Positions 30,629 to 40,555 of a stretch of 45,398 nucleotides of DNA are shown here, piece after piece. The position numbers and the translations under genes are program-made. The notes under the pieces were generated by a model. The model saw only the letters and a list, made by a program, of their open reading frames with translations. It was not told the DNA's origin and made no database searches. The stretch's first letter is position 1. The number at the start of each line of letters is the position of its first letter. Origin of the DNA: Verrucomicrobia subdivision 6 bacterium (lineage in GTDB: Bacteria > Verrucomicrobiota > Verrucomicrobiia > Methylacidiphilales > Verrucolacustridaceae); assembly GCA_945876115.1 (NCBI GenBank), contig CAMCNF010000001.1:1-45398 (forward strand), read 5' to 3'.

Positions 30629-33123
30629 AAAGACTCCCTCAGCTTCTTTTTGTCGTTCTGCCCTTCGTTCTTGTCGTCACCGCCACGGCCGCCGAGTTGC
30701 CCAAAGAACTCCGCACCGCCGAGGTCATGATCCAGGACGGACTGGGCCGAGACGCCATCCCCCGATTGCGCACCTATCTAACCAAAAATAACTCCACCCC
30801 TCAGCCCTATGCTCAACTTCTCCTCGCAGAAGCGCTCCTCAGTGATCACCGCCCCGACGAAGCTCTCACCGCCTTGCCAAAAACTCCTCCCACCGAACTC
30901 GATATCCGATGCCGCCTCGTGCGCGCCTCTTCTCTTTCCGAACTGGGTCGCTGGAAGGAAGCCGCCACAAATTGGAAAGAGCTAAAATCGAAAGATCTCA
31001 CCCCTGCACTCGCTTCCCAAATTAAACTCGGGCTCGCCACTGCTTATCTCAATCAAAACGAACGCTCTTTAGGACTCAAAGAGCTACGAGAAATACTTAA
31101 AGAGCCAGGCCAAGACTCTGCTCGTCTCCTTCTTGTCAAAGCTCTCCTTGCCGAAGGCCAACCCGATGAAGCGGAAAAAGAACTATCCGCCTTCCCCGAA
31201 ACCACCCCAGCCCCCGTTCAAGCCGAAGCTCGCTACTGGAGCGCCGAGATTCTCACCACCCGCGGCAAGCCCAATGAAGCCCTCGAACTTCTTCGTAAAG
31301 TCATCTCCGATGGGGCTGGCGTTACCCGCGACGTTCTCGCCCAAGCTTGGATGGCCATAGGGCGTATCGACCGCGCCCGCGACAAACCCGCAGATGCCAC
31401 CACCGATTTTGAGAAAGCACTTGATCAAGGGGGCGAACCCGAGACCTATCTCACCGCAGTGCGTGAGTACCTTTCCTCCTCCCAGGCTTCTCAAGCCCTC
31501 CCCACCGCCACCCTCCACCTGCGTGACTCGATTCGTGAGCGAGAAGGAGACGACGAGAAGCGCGGTCGCTTCGCCCCTGGCCTCCTTCTTCTTGCTGCTA
31601 CCACCCTCGATGCAGGAAATGCCGAAGCCGCTGCCGCCGATCTCGATACTTTAATCAAAACCTATCCAGCCTCCCCCGCGGTTCCTGGCGCCCAACTTCT
31701 CCTCGCGGAAGCTCTACTTAAACAAGGACAACAACCGGCCGCTCGTGAACAAATCCGCTCCCTACTTAGCCGTGAGAATCTTTCACCCCAGATCATCTAC
31801 CAAGGCCGCACCGCTCTCGCAGATCTTCTTACCCAAGAAGGCAAACATAGCGAAGCCTCCTCCCTCTGGGAGCAGGCCGCTCAAACTGCTCCCGACTCCG
31901 CTTCCGCCGAAAATGCACTTTTCAATGCCGCCCTTTCCGCCGCCCGCCAACCCGATCCTCCTTCTTTCCTCCGTTTGGAAGAAGTTTTTACCAAACGTTA
32001 TCCCGAAAGCATTCGTCGCGCCGCCCTAGCCCTTGAACGCGGGCGAATGCTCGAGTCCAAAGGTGACTCCGCTGCCAGTCGGTCTGCCCTCGCAGAAGTC
32101 GCTAAACTTCCTGGCGCCGATTCTCTTCAACCTGAAGCCACTTTACGCCGAGCCAGCTCACTTCTTCGTACCGGCGACTACCCCGCTGCCGTAATTGCTT
32201 TCGCTGAATTCGAGAAGCAGTTCCCCAACTCTCCTCTTCTTCCCCAAGCCATGGCCTCAGGTATTGAAGCCCGCCTCCGATCGCGCGAACTCACTGGTGC
32301 CCAAGCCCGTACCGAGTTCGCCAAAATTCTCGCTCGCTTTCCCACCAGCACCCTTGCCCCTGCCCTCGCCTTTCAGATTGCCCAAACCCACTACGAAGAA
32401 CGAAATCATGGGGAGTCCCTTACCGCTTTTCGTGAAATGGCAGCCAAGTTCCCCAAAGATCCACTCGCCGACGACGCTCTCTACTACGCAGGCCTTAGTG
32501 CCCTCGCACTAGGCAACCCCGAAGAAGCGGTAAAACTCTTTCGCGCACTTCCCGAGGCTTCGCCTCTGCGCCTCGACGCCCGTCTCGCTGAGATCGACGC
32601 CTGCCGAGCTTCAGGGGACTACGCAGGAGGGCTACAAATCGCCAGCTCCCTACTCGCCAACCGCAATCCCGACCAGCGCCCTTGGGTCGAGATAACCAAA
32701 CGCCGACTCGCCTGCGAATTCGCACTTGGAGGAAACGATCGGGCCAGCCTTGAGCGCGCCACCTCAACCGCATCCGCTCTCCTCGCTAGCCCCGCCGCCG
32801 ATGCCTCAGATAAAAACGAGGCAGGATTTATTCGGGGCAAGTGTCTCGAACAGCTCGGCCGGGACGAAGACGCCCTTCAAGCCTACCTCGATGTTCTCTA
32901 TGCGAGACTGGGTTCTCCCGCTGCAAATCCTACTCAACCCGAATATCTCTGGTTCGCTCGCGCTGGAGCGGAGGCCGCTCGCATCCAAGAGAAAAAGGGT
33001 GATTTCCGAGGAGCCTTAGCCATTTACAGGATTCTTGAAAACGCTGGAGGCCCCAACCAAGCCGCCTTCACGAGGAAAATCGAAGACCTTCGTAACCGTC
33101 ATTTCCTCTGGAGCGAACAGTAA
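30625..33123 (+). CDS. Secreted tetratricopeptide-repeat protein (CpoB/BamD-like repeats)
   Basis: Signal peptide from MKRLPQ (ATGA overlap with uvrA); repeated (F/Y)PxSxxA.A TPR turns. Confidence 0.85.
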   Translation: MKRLPQLLFVVLPFVLVVTATAAELPKELRTAEVMIQDGLGRDAIPRLRTYLTKNNSTPQPYAQLLLAEALLSDHRPDEALTALPKTPPTELDIRCRLVRASSLSELGRWKEAATNWKELKSKDLTPALASQIKLGLATAYLNQNERSLGLKELREILKEPGQDSARLLLVKALLAEGQPDEAEKELSAFPETTPAPVQAEARYWSAEILTTRGKPNEALELLRKVISDGAGVTRDVLAQAWMAIGRIDRARDKPADATTDFEKALDQGGEPETYLTAVREYLSSSQASQALPTATLHLRDSIREREGDDEKRGRFAPGLLLLAATTLDAGNAEAAAADLDTLIKTYPASPAVPGAQLLLAEALLKQGQQPAAREQIRSLLSRENLSPQIIYQGRTALADLLTQEGKHSEASSLWEQAAQTAPDSASAENALFNAALSAARQPDPPSFLRLEEVFTKRYPESIRRAALALERGRMLESKGDSAASRSALAEVAKLPGADSLQPEATLRRASSLLRTGDYPAAVIAFAEFEKQFPNSPLLPQAMASGIEARLRSRELTGAQARTEFAKILARFPTSTLAPALAFQIAQTHYEERNHGESLTAFREMAAKFPKDPLADDALYYAGLSALALGNPEEAVKLFRALPEASPLRLDARLAEIDACRASGDYAGGLQIASSLLANRNPDQRPWVEITKRRLACEFALGGNDRASLERATSTASALLASPAADASDKNEAGFIRGKCLEQLGRDEDALQAYLDVLYARLGSPAANPTQPEYLWFARAGAEAARIQEKKGDFRGALAIYRILENAGGPNQAAFTRKIEDLRNRHFLWSEQ

Positions 33124-33159
33124 TTTTCTCACCCTGCCGCCCCCTGCCCCCAAGAATCC

Positions 33160-34605
33160 CTACCCCTTAGCAAAGCCTGCTTTACCGTCGAAATTATATA
33201 ACCCCTCCGTTTTGACAAACTCCACTCCCGCCTGAGTCATCTTCTCCAACAATTTGACCACCGCCGTATGGGGAATTGATCCTTTACCCTCCGGGAGATG
33301 AAACCGACAAGCCGTCGAATCCACCGTGAAAGTCTCTTTATGCCCATCAGGCCAAACCTTCATCCCACGATTTGACAACGATTCTAACTTCAAACCATCC
33401 CCAGCCAAAGGCTGCAACTTCTTCGCCAGCTCCTCCATCGTTCCTATCGGCCAACATACAAATACATCTACCCCCACCAACTCTCTCTTCGAACTATCCC
33501 GTTTGTAAGCAGGTCGCGTGGTTAAAGGCCGAGACGGTGCCTTGCTATAGTCCACCGGTTTCAAATGCTTCGGCTTTTGCCCGATCCTTGCCACCACCGC
33601 TGCGGCAAACTCCTTCGTCCCGACCTTCTCCTTACTCACCCCCTCTTTGAAAATGTCGTAGGTATGAACCCCATCTTCAATCGTCTTCAACCAAGCGTTG
33701 TGCACCTTTTCCGCCACATCCGCCTGACCGATGTGCACCAGCATCTGCACCGCACCCAGAAATAATCCCGACGGATTCGCCAAATTCTGGCCCGCCCTTC
33801 GAGGAGCCGACCCGTGAATCGCCTCAAACATCGCGCACCCATCCCCAATGTTGGCCGAACCTGCCAAACCAACCGACCCCGCAATCTGCGCCGCCACATC
33901 CGAAAGAATATCCCCGTACAGGTTCGGCATGACGATGACATCGAACGCTTCAGGAGTGTCCGCCAACTTCGCCGCCCCAATATCCACAATCCAGTGCTCC
34001 TTCTCAATCTCCCCATACTCCGCTCCAATCTCATCAAACACCTGATGAAAAAGACCATCAGTCATCTTCATGATGTTGTCCTTAATGAAGCAGGTGACTT
34101 TTTTGCGCCCATAAGCCCGCGCATACTCAAAGGCATAACGCACAATCTTCTCGCAGCCTGGACGACTAATCAATTTCAGGCACTGCATCACATCATGAGT
34201 CTGCCGGTGCTCGATGCCCGAATAGGTGTCCTCCTCATTCTCCCGAACAATCACTACATCCATTCCAGGATGCTTCGTCCGAATGTAAGGCGCGTAAGCA
34301 ATACAGGGGCGAATGTTGGCATAAAGCCCGAATGCCTTGCGCGTCGTCACGTTCAAGCTTTTGTAACCCCCACCCTGCGGAGTCGTAATCGGTGCCTTTA
34401 AAAATACCTTCGTCCGTCGAAGAGAATCCCAAGCCGAATCTTCAATCCCCGCACTGTTACCCCTCAAATAAACCTTCTCCCCAATCTCAATCTCTTCGAT
34501 CTCCAACCGTGCCCCACCACCCTTGAGAATACTCAAGGTCGCTTCCATGATCTCAGGACCAATCCCATCTCCGCGAGCTATCGTGATTGGAGTATTTTTA
34601 ACCAT
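33160..34605 (-). CDS. icd: NADP-dependent isocitrate dehydrogenase (Rickettsia/alphaproteobacterial-type with C-terminal domain)
   Basis: GDGIGPEI, KAPITTPQGGGYKSLNV, PNLYGDILSD, FEAIHGSAP. Confidence 0.95.
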   Translation of the reverse strand: MVKNTPITIARGDGIGPEIMEATLSILKGGGARLEIEEIEIGEKVYLRGNSAGIEDSAWDSLRRTKVFLKAPITTPQGGGYKSLNVTTRKAFGLYANIRPCIAYAPYIRTKHPGMDVVIVRENEEDTYSGIEHRQTHDVMQCLKLISRPGCEKIVRYAFEYARAYGRKKVTCFIKDNIMKMTDGLFHQVFDEIGAEYGEIEKEHWIVDIGAAKLADTPEAFDVIVMPNLYGDILSDVAAQIAGSVGLAGSANIGDGCAMFEAIHGSAPRRAGQNLANPSGLFLGAVQMLVHIGQADVAEKVHNAWLKTIEDGVHTYDIFKEGVSKEKVGTKEFAAAVVARIGQKPKHLKPVDYSKAPSRPLTTRPAYKRDSSKRELVGVDVFVCWPIGTMEELAKKLQPLAGDGLKLESLSNRGMKVWPDGHKETFTVDSTACRFHLPEGKGSIPHTAVVKLLEKMTQAGVEFVKTEGLYNFDGKAGFAKG

Positions 34606-34613
34606 CAGCGTAA

Positions 34614-34642
34614 AGGATTGCGGTTCAGCATCCTGTGGTCAA
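34614..34642 (-). promoter_or_regulatory. Putative near-leaderless promoter of icd
   Basis: TTGACC-N17-AATCCT-N8-ATG(34605). Confidence 0.5.
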
Positions 34643-34667
34643 CGCCAAATCACCTTCTCTTCATCGC

Positions 34668-34696
34668 TTGAGCCCATCGATCGACGAAAGTACTCT
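34668..34696 (+). promoter_or_regulatory. Putative leaderless promoter
   Basis: TTGAGC-N17-TACTCT-N6-ATG(34703). Confidence 0.55.
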
Positions 34697-34702
34697 CACT
34701 TA

Positions 34703-35395
34703 ATGCGATTCTGGCTCCTTTTAGCCCTGCTGGCCCTTGCGACACCCACCGCACAGGCCCACGACATCGTTCTCATCTCCGGAGGACCCGCCCTACGCTC
34801 TTTCGAAAGATATCGCACCGCCTCCCACGATAAGTACTGGGGTAACTTTATCGACTCCGCCATCCTGCGCGCCAAAGAACTGCAACCCACCATTGCGCCC
34901 ACGGATCAAATCGTCTGGCTGGTTTTTCGTCCAAGTTATCAACGCCGCTCCCAAGAAGATCAAGATGACTACCTTAAGGTTCTCGAAGAGCGTGGCCTGA
35001 AGGCGGGTATCACCCCAATCTACTTTGATAACAAGGCTCAACTCTTCACTCTCTTGCGCCGAGACGGCTCCAAAGAAAAACCCAAAATATCGCGCCTCGA
35101 ATATTTCGGTCACTCCAATAAGAAGTGCTGGATGTTCGACTACAGCAACCGAGTCGATGGGGGCGCCCTCGAACCTCTCGTCGTTCATGTCGATGACCTC
35201 GACCAAATCTCAGGGAAGAGTTTTACCTCCGATGCGGAATGCATCAGCTACGGCTGCCACTCGGGCGAGGAGTTTTCCCAACGCTGGCGAATGATTGTCG
35301 GTCGTCCCATGATCGGTGCCGTTGGAAAAACCGACTACAGCGAAGGGGGAATCCCCAAGCTCTCCACTGGAAAAGGCGGCACATGGGCCTTCTAG
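34703..35395 (+). CDS. Secreted hypothetical protein, putative caspase-hemoglobinase (clan CD/DUF4347-like) fold
   Basis: Signal peptide ending AQA; LEYFGHS and ISYGCHSG motifs. Confidence 0.6.
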   Translation: MRFWLLLALLALATPTAQAHDIVLISGGPALRSFERYRTASHDKYWGNFIDSAILRAKELQPTIAPTDQIVWLVFRPSYQRRSQEDQDDYLKVLEERGLKAGITPIYFDNKAQLFTLLRRDGSKEKPKISRLEYFGHSNKKCWMFDYSNRVDGGALEPLVVHVDDLDQISGKSFTSDAECISYGCHSGEEFSQRWRMIVGRPMIGAVGKTDYSEGGIPKLSTGKGGTWAF

Positions 35396-36000
35396 TCACT
35401 TTCGTCCTCATCACTCTTCTGCCCTGCCTCTGCTTTGCACCTCCCCTGCCTCTTCGCTCCAGCTCCGCTTCCTCCACCAATCCTGCCACACCTCTGGTGA
35501 CCGAACCCACTCCGGAAGAAAAGGTACCCGCCGAAGAATCGGAGGAAGAAGTTCGTCCACCTACCACCGAAAAGGTAATCCGTGCGACTCTTCGCGCCGC
35601 CCATACTCCTGCCAAGCACGGCCGAACCGATGGACCCTACCTTATCGCCCAGCGCACTATCGTGGAGGACTACTGCGGTTGGGGTTGGGTGCGCAAAGAA
35701 AACCAGTCCTGGCGACAAGCCACTTGGATCGCTATCGAAGGAACCCCCAACCTTTGCCCTATCCCTCATACCTTCCTACCCAAACCAGAAGACGATAAGA
35801 ATCAGCAATACCGGTTTTATGGCGAGTTTGCTCCCTACCGTGCCTACGAACCGCAGGCTGATATGTGGGTCGATGTCTTCATTCTGAAGGGATTCATGAG
35901 CATGGGCCCAGCCGAACCGATTCGGCGCGATCCCCCCGCCCAAGCCAGCTCCCGCCCCAACCGCTTTGCCGAGCGGGGAGCGAATATGCTCAAGCCTTGA
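35383..36000 (+). CDS. Secreted hypothetical protein with Pro/Glu-rich linker
   Basis: Start MGLLVT overlaps upstream gene by 13 nt; signal peptide; Trp/Tyr-rich core YCGWGWVR. Confidence 0.65.
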   Translation: MGLLVTFVLITLLPCLCFAPPLPLRSSSASSTNPATPLVTEPTPEEKVPAEESEEEVRPPTTEKVIRATLRAAHTPAKHGRTDGPYLIAQRTIVEDYCGWGWVRKENQSWRQATWIAIEGTPNLCPIPHTFLPKPEDDKNQQYRFYGEFAPYRAYEPQADMWVDVFILKGFMSMGPAEPIRRDPPAQASSRPNRFAERGANMLKP

Positions 36001-36025
36001 CCCCAAAGACCATATCCGTTACTAT
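35997..36025 (+). promoter_or_regulatory. Putative sigma70 promoter of rpmG
   Basis: TTGACC-N17-TACTAT, 9 nt before ATG 36035. Confidence 0.6.
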
Positions 36026-36034
36026 ATTCCTCTA

Positions 36035-36199
36035 ATGCGTGAGCAAGTTATCTTAGAATGCACCGAAGCCCGTGCCGAGGGAAAGCCCCCGTCCCGCTAC
36101 TTCGGAACTCGGAATAAGAAGCTAAAGAAAGAGCGGATCGAACTCAGAAAATTCAACCCCTTTCTTCGTCGCTACACTCTCCATCGCGAGAAAAAGTAA
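36035..36199 (+). CDS. rpmG: 50S ribosomal protein L33 (zinc-free type)
   Basis: [11 protein letters not shown]...RNKK...[19 protein letters not shown]. Confidence 0.93.
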   Translation: MREQVILECTEARAEGKPPSRYFGTRNKKLKKERIELRKFNPFLRRYTLHREKK

Positions 36200-36261
36200 C
36201 TCATTGGCCTCGGCCAATCCTCGATCCGCCCACCTGGGCCCACCGCTTCCTCCTCACATCC

Positions 36262-37017
36262 CTAAGATATTTGAGTCAAAATCTCGGGCTCACCCTCAGT
36301 AATCAAAATAACATGCTCAAAGTGAGCTGAATCACGCCGGTCTGCGGTCACTGCGGTCCATCCATCCTTTAAAATCCGTACCTCGTCGATCCCCTCATTG
36401 ACCATCGGCTCGATTGCCAAGGTCATTCCGGGCTGAAGAATAGGCCCTGAGTTGGCTCGACCGAAATTAGGGATCTGCGGTTCCTCGTGGAGTTTCCTTC
36501 CCACCCCGTGCCCAACAAACTCTTTTACCACGCTATATCCCGCTGCCTTAACCGTTGTTTCTACCGCGTGACTAATTTCTCCCAATCGAGCACCGCTTCT
36601 TGCCTTTTGGATCCCCGCAAGCAGCGAGGCCTGCGTCCGCTCAAGTAACTTCTGGCGAGCAGGAGTAATTGCGCCTAACCCCACAGTTGTTGCCGTGTCC
36701 CCTACCCAGCCATTCAACAGAATTCCTACATCCAGCTTCACCACATCCCCGTAGGCCAACCGCCTCGGCCCGCCAATTCCATGAACCACCTCCTCATTGA
36801 CGGAAATACAAAGTTGTCCAGGAAACTTGCGATACCCAAAAAAAGCGCTCCGCGCCCCGTACTGATTGATAATCTGCCCCGCCCACTCATCTACCTCCCC
36901 CGTGGTCCGGCCGGGCTCTAAGCGAAGAACTAACTCCTCTAGAATCTTACGAGCCAAACGACAACTGGCCCGCATACCTACGATCCCCGCCGCATCCTTG
37001 ATCGGAATCGTCGCCAT
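36262..37017 (-). CDS. map: Methionine aminopeptidase type I
   Basis: CISVNEEVVHGI, GHGVGRKLHEEP, AIEPMVN, SAHFEH; start MATIPIK. Confidence 0.97.
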   Translation of the reverse strand: MATIPIKDAAGIVGMRASCRLARKILEELVLRLEPGRTTGEVDEWAGQIINQYGARSAFFGYRKFPGQLCISVNEEVVHGIGGPRRLAYGDVVKLDVGILLNGWVGDTATTVGLGAITPARQKLLERTQASLLAGIQKARSGARLGEISHAVETTVKAAGYSVVKEFVGHGVGRKLHEEPQIPNFGRANSGPILQPGMTLAIEPMVNEGIDEVRILKDGWTAVTADRRDSAHFEHVILITEGEPEILTQIS

Positions 37018-37030
37018 GGCCCGGGGGGCC

Positions 37031-38524
37031 TTAGCGAAGGGTGATAACGATACCGCCCAAAGCGATGATCGCGATGATGACAAGAAGCCAAGCAATCTGG
37101 CGCTCAGAAATTGCACCGGAAGTAGAACCAGGACCACTCACGCTACGTCCCTTGATCCGACCCTTCTTTAGAAATCCATCGTAATGCCTTTGCAACAGAT
37201 AAGTTTCCGCCTGCCGCATCGTGTCCAACATCACCCCAACAATGATCAGTAGTCCCGTACCGCCGAAAAACTGAGCCGTAATACTCGGAACACCGAGGAA
37301 ATTTTGCACAATCATCGGCAAGACAGCCAAGGCAGTTAAAAAAATTGCTCCAGCAAAGGTCAACCGCGTCATTGAATAGTCCAGAAACTGAGCCGTTGTC
37401 TCGCCAGGACGTACTCCAGGGATAAAGCCACCGTGCCGCTTCATATCATCAGCAATTTGTATCGGGTTGAAAACCATCGCCACCCAGAAATACGAAAAGA
37501 AGAAAATCATGCCTGCATAAAGCACATAGTGAAGTGATCCACTAGCCAAAGCGGCCGAAATCCGGTTTGCCGTTGGCGAACCAGGAAAGAGAAATCCTAG
37601 AATACTCGCGGGGAAAAGCAGAATGGCGTTGGCGAAGATGATCGGCATAACCCCAGCGTAATTAACTTTGAGAGGAAGGAAGGAGGTCTGCCCACCATAA
37701 ACCCGATTTCCGCGAACCTGTTTGGCGTACTGCACGCTCACCTTCCGCAATGCCTGCGTCAACGAGATCGTCGAAGCGATCACCGTGAAGAGAAAAGCGA
37801 GCAAAAGAAAGAGAACGAAGGGACTGATCGGCTCACGCCCACTGCCCGCGGGAGGAACGAAAACCTGCCATCCAGCCACCAAAGCTGCAGGCAAACGCGC
37901 CACGATCCCGATGGTAATAATGATGGAAATACCATTGCCGATACCTTTTTCTGTAATTTGTTCTCCAATCCACATCAAGAGCATCGTGCCCGCCGTCAAT
38001 GTGATCACTGTGATAATGCGAAAGCCAATTCCAGGCTCCGCCACCAGCGGCCCTAGCCGTTGAATTACCTGATCGATCCCTGAAAAGATCGGGATTTGGG
38101 ATGGACTCTCGAAACTAACCGCCAGCAAATATCCCTGAACGACGCAAAGAATCAACGTGCCCCAACGAGTGTACTGGGTGATCTTTTGCCGACCCCCCTC
38201 CTCCCGCACCAGTTTACCCAGCGAAGGAATTACCCCCGTAGCCAACTGCATGACAATGCTCGCACTAATATAAGGCATAATCGTCAGTGAAAAGATCGCG
38301 CAGTTTTCTAGCGCACCGCCGCTGAAAAGATTAAAGAGCCCAATGACACTTCCCTGATCCTGCTGATCCACTACAGATCGGAAAAACTCACCCAAGACCA
38401 CCGGGTTAATCCCGGGACAAGGAATCGAGGCACCGATCCGCACCACTACGATCAAGGCAAGGGTGAAGATGATCCGCTGACGTAACTCAGGGATCTTGAA
38501 GCAATTTAAAAGGGCGTGGAGCAT
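37031..38524 (-). CDS. secY: Preprotein translocase SecY with C-terminal hydrophobic extension
   Basis: IMPYISASI, GIGNGIS, AGVMPIIFA, GFIPGVRPG, GGTGLLI. Confidence 0.98.
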   Translation of the reverse strand: MLHALLNCFKIPELRQRIIFTLALIVVVRIGASIPCPGINPVVLGEFFRSVVDQQDQGSVIGLFNLFSGGALENCAIFSLTIMPYISASIVMQLATGVIPSLGKLVREEGGRQKITQYTRWGTLILCVVQGYLLAVSFESPSQIPIFSGIDQVIQRLGPLVAEPGIGFRIITVITLTAGTMLLMWIGEQITEKGIGNGISIIITIGIVARLPAALVAGWQVFVPPAGSGREPISPFVLFLLLAFLFTVIASTISLTQALRKVSVQYAKQVRGNRVYGGQTSFLPLKVNYAGVMPIIFANAILLFPASILGFLFPGSPTANRISAALASGSLHYVLYAGMIFFFSYFWVAMVFNPIQIADDMKRHGGFIPGVRPGETTAQFLDYSMTRLTFAGAIFLTALAVLPMIVQNFLGVPSITAQFFGGTGLLIIVGVMLDTMRQAETYLLQRHYDGFLKKGRIKGRSVSGPGSTSGAISERQIAWLLVIIAIIALGGIVITLR

Positions 38525-38548
38525 GGCCCGTCAGAGACCCCTCAGGGC

Positions 38549-38995
38549 CTATTTCTTCAGCAGGGTGATTTTCGCACCCGCCGCCTCAAGTGCTTTTTTG
38601 GCCGATGTACTGGCCGCATGCACCTCGAGGATGAGATTTTTTGGTTTCAGCTTTCCGCCACCGAGAATCTTAACCCCTTCCCAATCCCCCTTAACCAAGC
38701 CGTGGGAACGGAGAATCTCTTCATTGACCTTCGCACCATCCGAAAATACATCGAGCCCATCCAAATTCACATGGGCGTAGCGAATGGTGAAAACCGCATT
38801 ATTAAAACCACGCTTCGGAATACGTCGGATCAAAGGCATCTGCCCACCTTCGAATCCCAAACGCAGACTGCCACCCGAACGAGCTTTTTGTCCTTTATGA
38901 CCCTTACCGGAAGTTTTTCCTTTGCCCGACGATTCCCCTGAGCCGAGGCGCTTCCGACGATGGCGGGCTCCAGGACGGGGAGAGGTCGTACTCAT
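38549..38995 (-). CDS. rplO: 50S ribosomal protein L15
   Basis: [28 protein letters not shown]. Confidence 0.97.
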   Translation of the reverse strand: MSTTSPRPGARHRRKRLGSGESSGKGKTSGKGHKGQKARSGGSLRLGFEGGQMPLIRRIPKRGFNNAVFTIRYAHVNLDGLDVFSDGAKVNEEILRSHGLVKGDWEGVKILGGGKLKPKNLILEVHAASTSAKKALEAAGAKITLLKK

Positions 38996-39624
38996 ACCGC
39001 TACCTCCTGCACCGGACGAGGCGCACGTTTCTTTCCACGAGATTCCAGAATCTGGGTGCGGGTCCGCAAACGGGAAAGAGCATCCACCGTCGCCTTGACC
39101 ACATTGGCGGGGTTACTCGAACCCATCGACTTGGCTAGTACGTCTTTCACTCCGGCCGCTTCCAAAACTGAGCGCACTCCGCCACCTGCAATCAAACCCG
39201 TTCCCAAAGAAGCGGGACGAAGTAGAACACGACCCCCGCCAAACACTCCATTGACCTCATGAGGGAGAGTGCTCGGCCCGATGTTGTAAGTGTAGAGATT
39301 CTTTTTAGCGTTTTCCGTGCCTTTGCGGATCGCCTCGGCCACTTCCCGTGCCTTGCCGAATCCTACCCCAACCTTCCCCTTCTTATCTCCCACGACCAAG
39401 AGAGCGCTAAAGCTAAAACGACGCCCACCTTTGACCACCTTGGCGCAACGATTGACGAAAACAACCTTCTCAAACATGTCGGACGGAGTCCGAGTGCGGT
39501 CACGTCGTACCGCTGGCTCCGATTTTGGAATAAATTCGGACGTTTTAGAAAATGCCTTTTCAGGGGCGACTTCGACCTCTTTGACTGGGTCTTTATTTTC
39601 GTTAGGGGGAACAGTACTCATCAA
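38992..39624 (-). CDS. rpsE: 30S ribosomal protein S5
   Basis: [23 protein letters not shown]; N-terminal extension. Confidence 0.97.
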   Translation of the reverse strand: MMSTVPPNENKDPVKEVEVAPEKAFSKTSEFIPKSEPAVRRDRTRTPSDMFEKVVFVNRCAKVVKGGRRFSFSALLVVGDKKGKVGVGFGKAREVAEAIRKGTENAKKNLYTYNIGPSTLPHEVNGVFGGGRVLLRPASLGTGLIAGGGVRSVLEAAGVKDVLAKSMGSSNPANVVKATVDALSRLRTRTQILESRGKKRAPRPVQEVAV

Positions 39625-39633
39625 TATACCTCT

Positions 39634-39999
39634 TTAGAATTTTAAGCCGGCTGTACGCGCCGCTTCGGCAAAAGCTTTCACTTTGCCATGATAGAGAAAA
39701 CCACCGCGATCAAACACCACATCAGAAACCCCTTTTTTCGAGGCGCGCTCCGCCACCGCTTGCCCCAACTTGGCTGCACCAGCCACATTCGCACGAATCG
39801 ATTTTTTTAGGCCCTCTTCTAAACTAGAAGCCGCCACCAGAGTCTTGCCCGCGGAATCATCAATCACCTGAGCATAAATATGTTTACCGCTAAAAGAGAC
39901 ACATAACCTGGGCTTGGTCGCCTCTCCACGCAAACGCAGACGAATCCGTTTATGAATTCGAATGCGACGTTCCCGACGATGTTGGGCTGGATTAGGCAT
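39634..39999 (-). CDS. rplR: 50S ribosomal protein L18
   Basis: [21 protein letters not shown]. Confidence 0.97.
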   Translation of the reverse strand: MPNPAQHRRERRIRIHKRIRLRLRGEATKPRLCVSFSGKHIYAQVIDDSAGKTLVAASSLEEGLKKSIRANVAGAAKLGQAVAERASKKGVSDVVFDRGGFLYHGKVKAFAEAARTAGLKF

Positions 40000-40005
40000 A
40001 AAAGT

Positions 40006-40554
40006 TTAGGCGGACTTGCTTTGCGCGGTCTTCCCTTCCTTGCGGCGGATGATCTCACCCACATAACGCACCCCTTTGCCCTTATAAGGCTCAGGCGGGT
40101 GGTAACCACGGATATCAGCTGAAACTGCTCCGACCAACTGCTTATCCGGACCTTCCACGGTCAGACGAGTATTGTCCGTAACCGTGATCTTGATCGTGTC
40201 GGGCACAGGATATTCAATCGGATGCGATTTGCCTAAGTTAAGCACTAATTTCTTGCCTTGAAGATTCGCCTTAAAGCCAACCCCGTGAATCTCCATCTTC
40301 TTGACGTATCCCGTGCTTACTCCTTGAACTAAATTATTCACCAAGCTACGCGCCAATCCGTGCATCGACCGCGCTATCCGCTCATCCGAATCTCGCACGA
40401 TATGCACAACACCCGCTTCCAGCTTAGCCGTGACCTTAGGAGGAAGTTCCATCCCGAGCTTACCCAAAGGGCCTTCCGCACGGAAGCGACGCCCCTCAAG
40501 GAAGACCTTCACGTTCGCGGGCACAAGAACAGGAGATTTGCCGATGCGGGACAT
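40006..40554 (-). CDS. rplF: 50S ribosomal protein L6
   Basis: MSRIGK, PPEPYKGKGVRY. Confidence 0.98.
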   Translation of the reverse strand: MSRIGKSPVLVPANVKVFLEGRRFRAEGPLGKLGMELPPKVTAKLEAGVVHIVRDSDERIARSMHGLARSLVNNLVQGVSTGYVKKMEIHGVGFKANLQGKKLVLNLGKSHPIEYPVPDTIKITVTDNTRLTVEGPDKQLVGAVSADIRGYHPPEPYKGKGVRYVGEIIRRKEGKTAQSKSA

Positions 40555-40555
40555 A

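Noticed and set aside
33814-34401. 195-aa plus-strand ORF and many similar 60-170 aa ORFs inside real genes
   Set aside because: Antisense or off-frame ORFs expected from GC content and codon bias; no motifs
36203-36218. Hairpin ATTGGC-CTCG-GCCAAT between convergent rpmG and map
   Set aside because: No U-tract on either strand; not called as an intrinsic terminator
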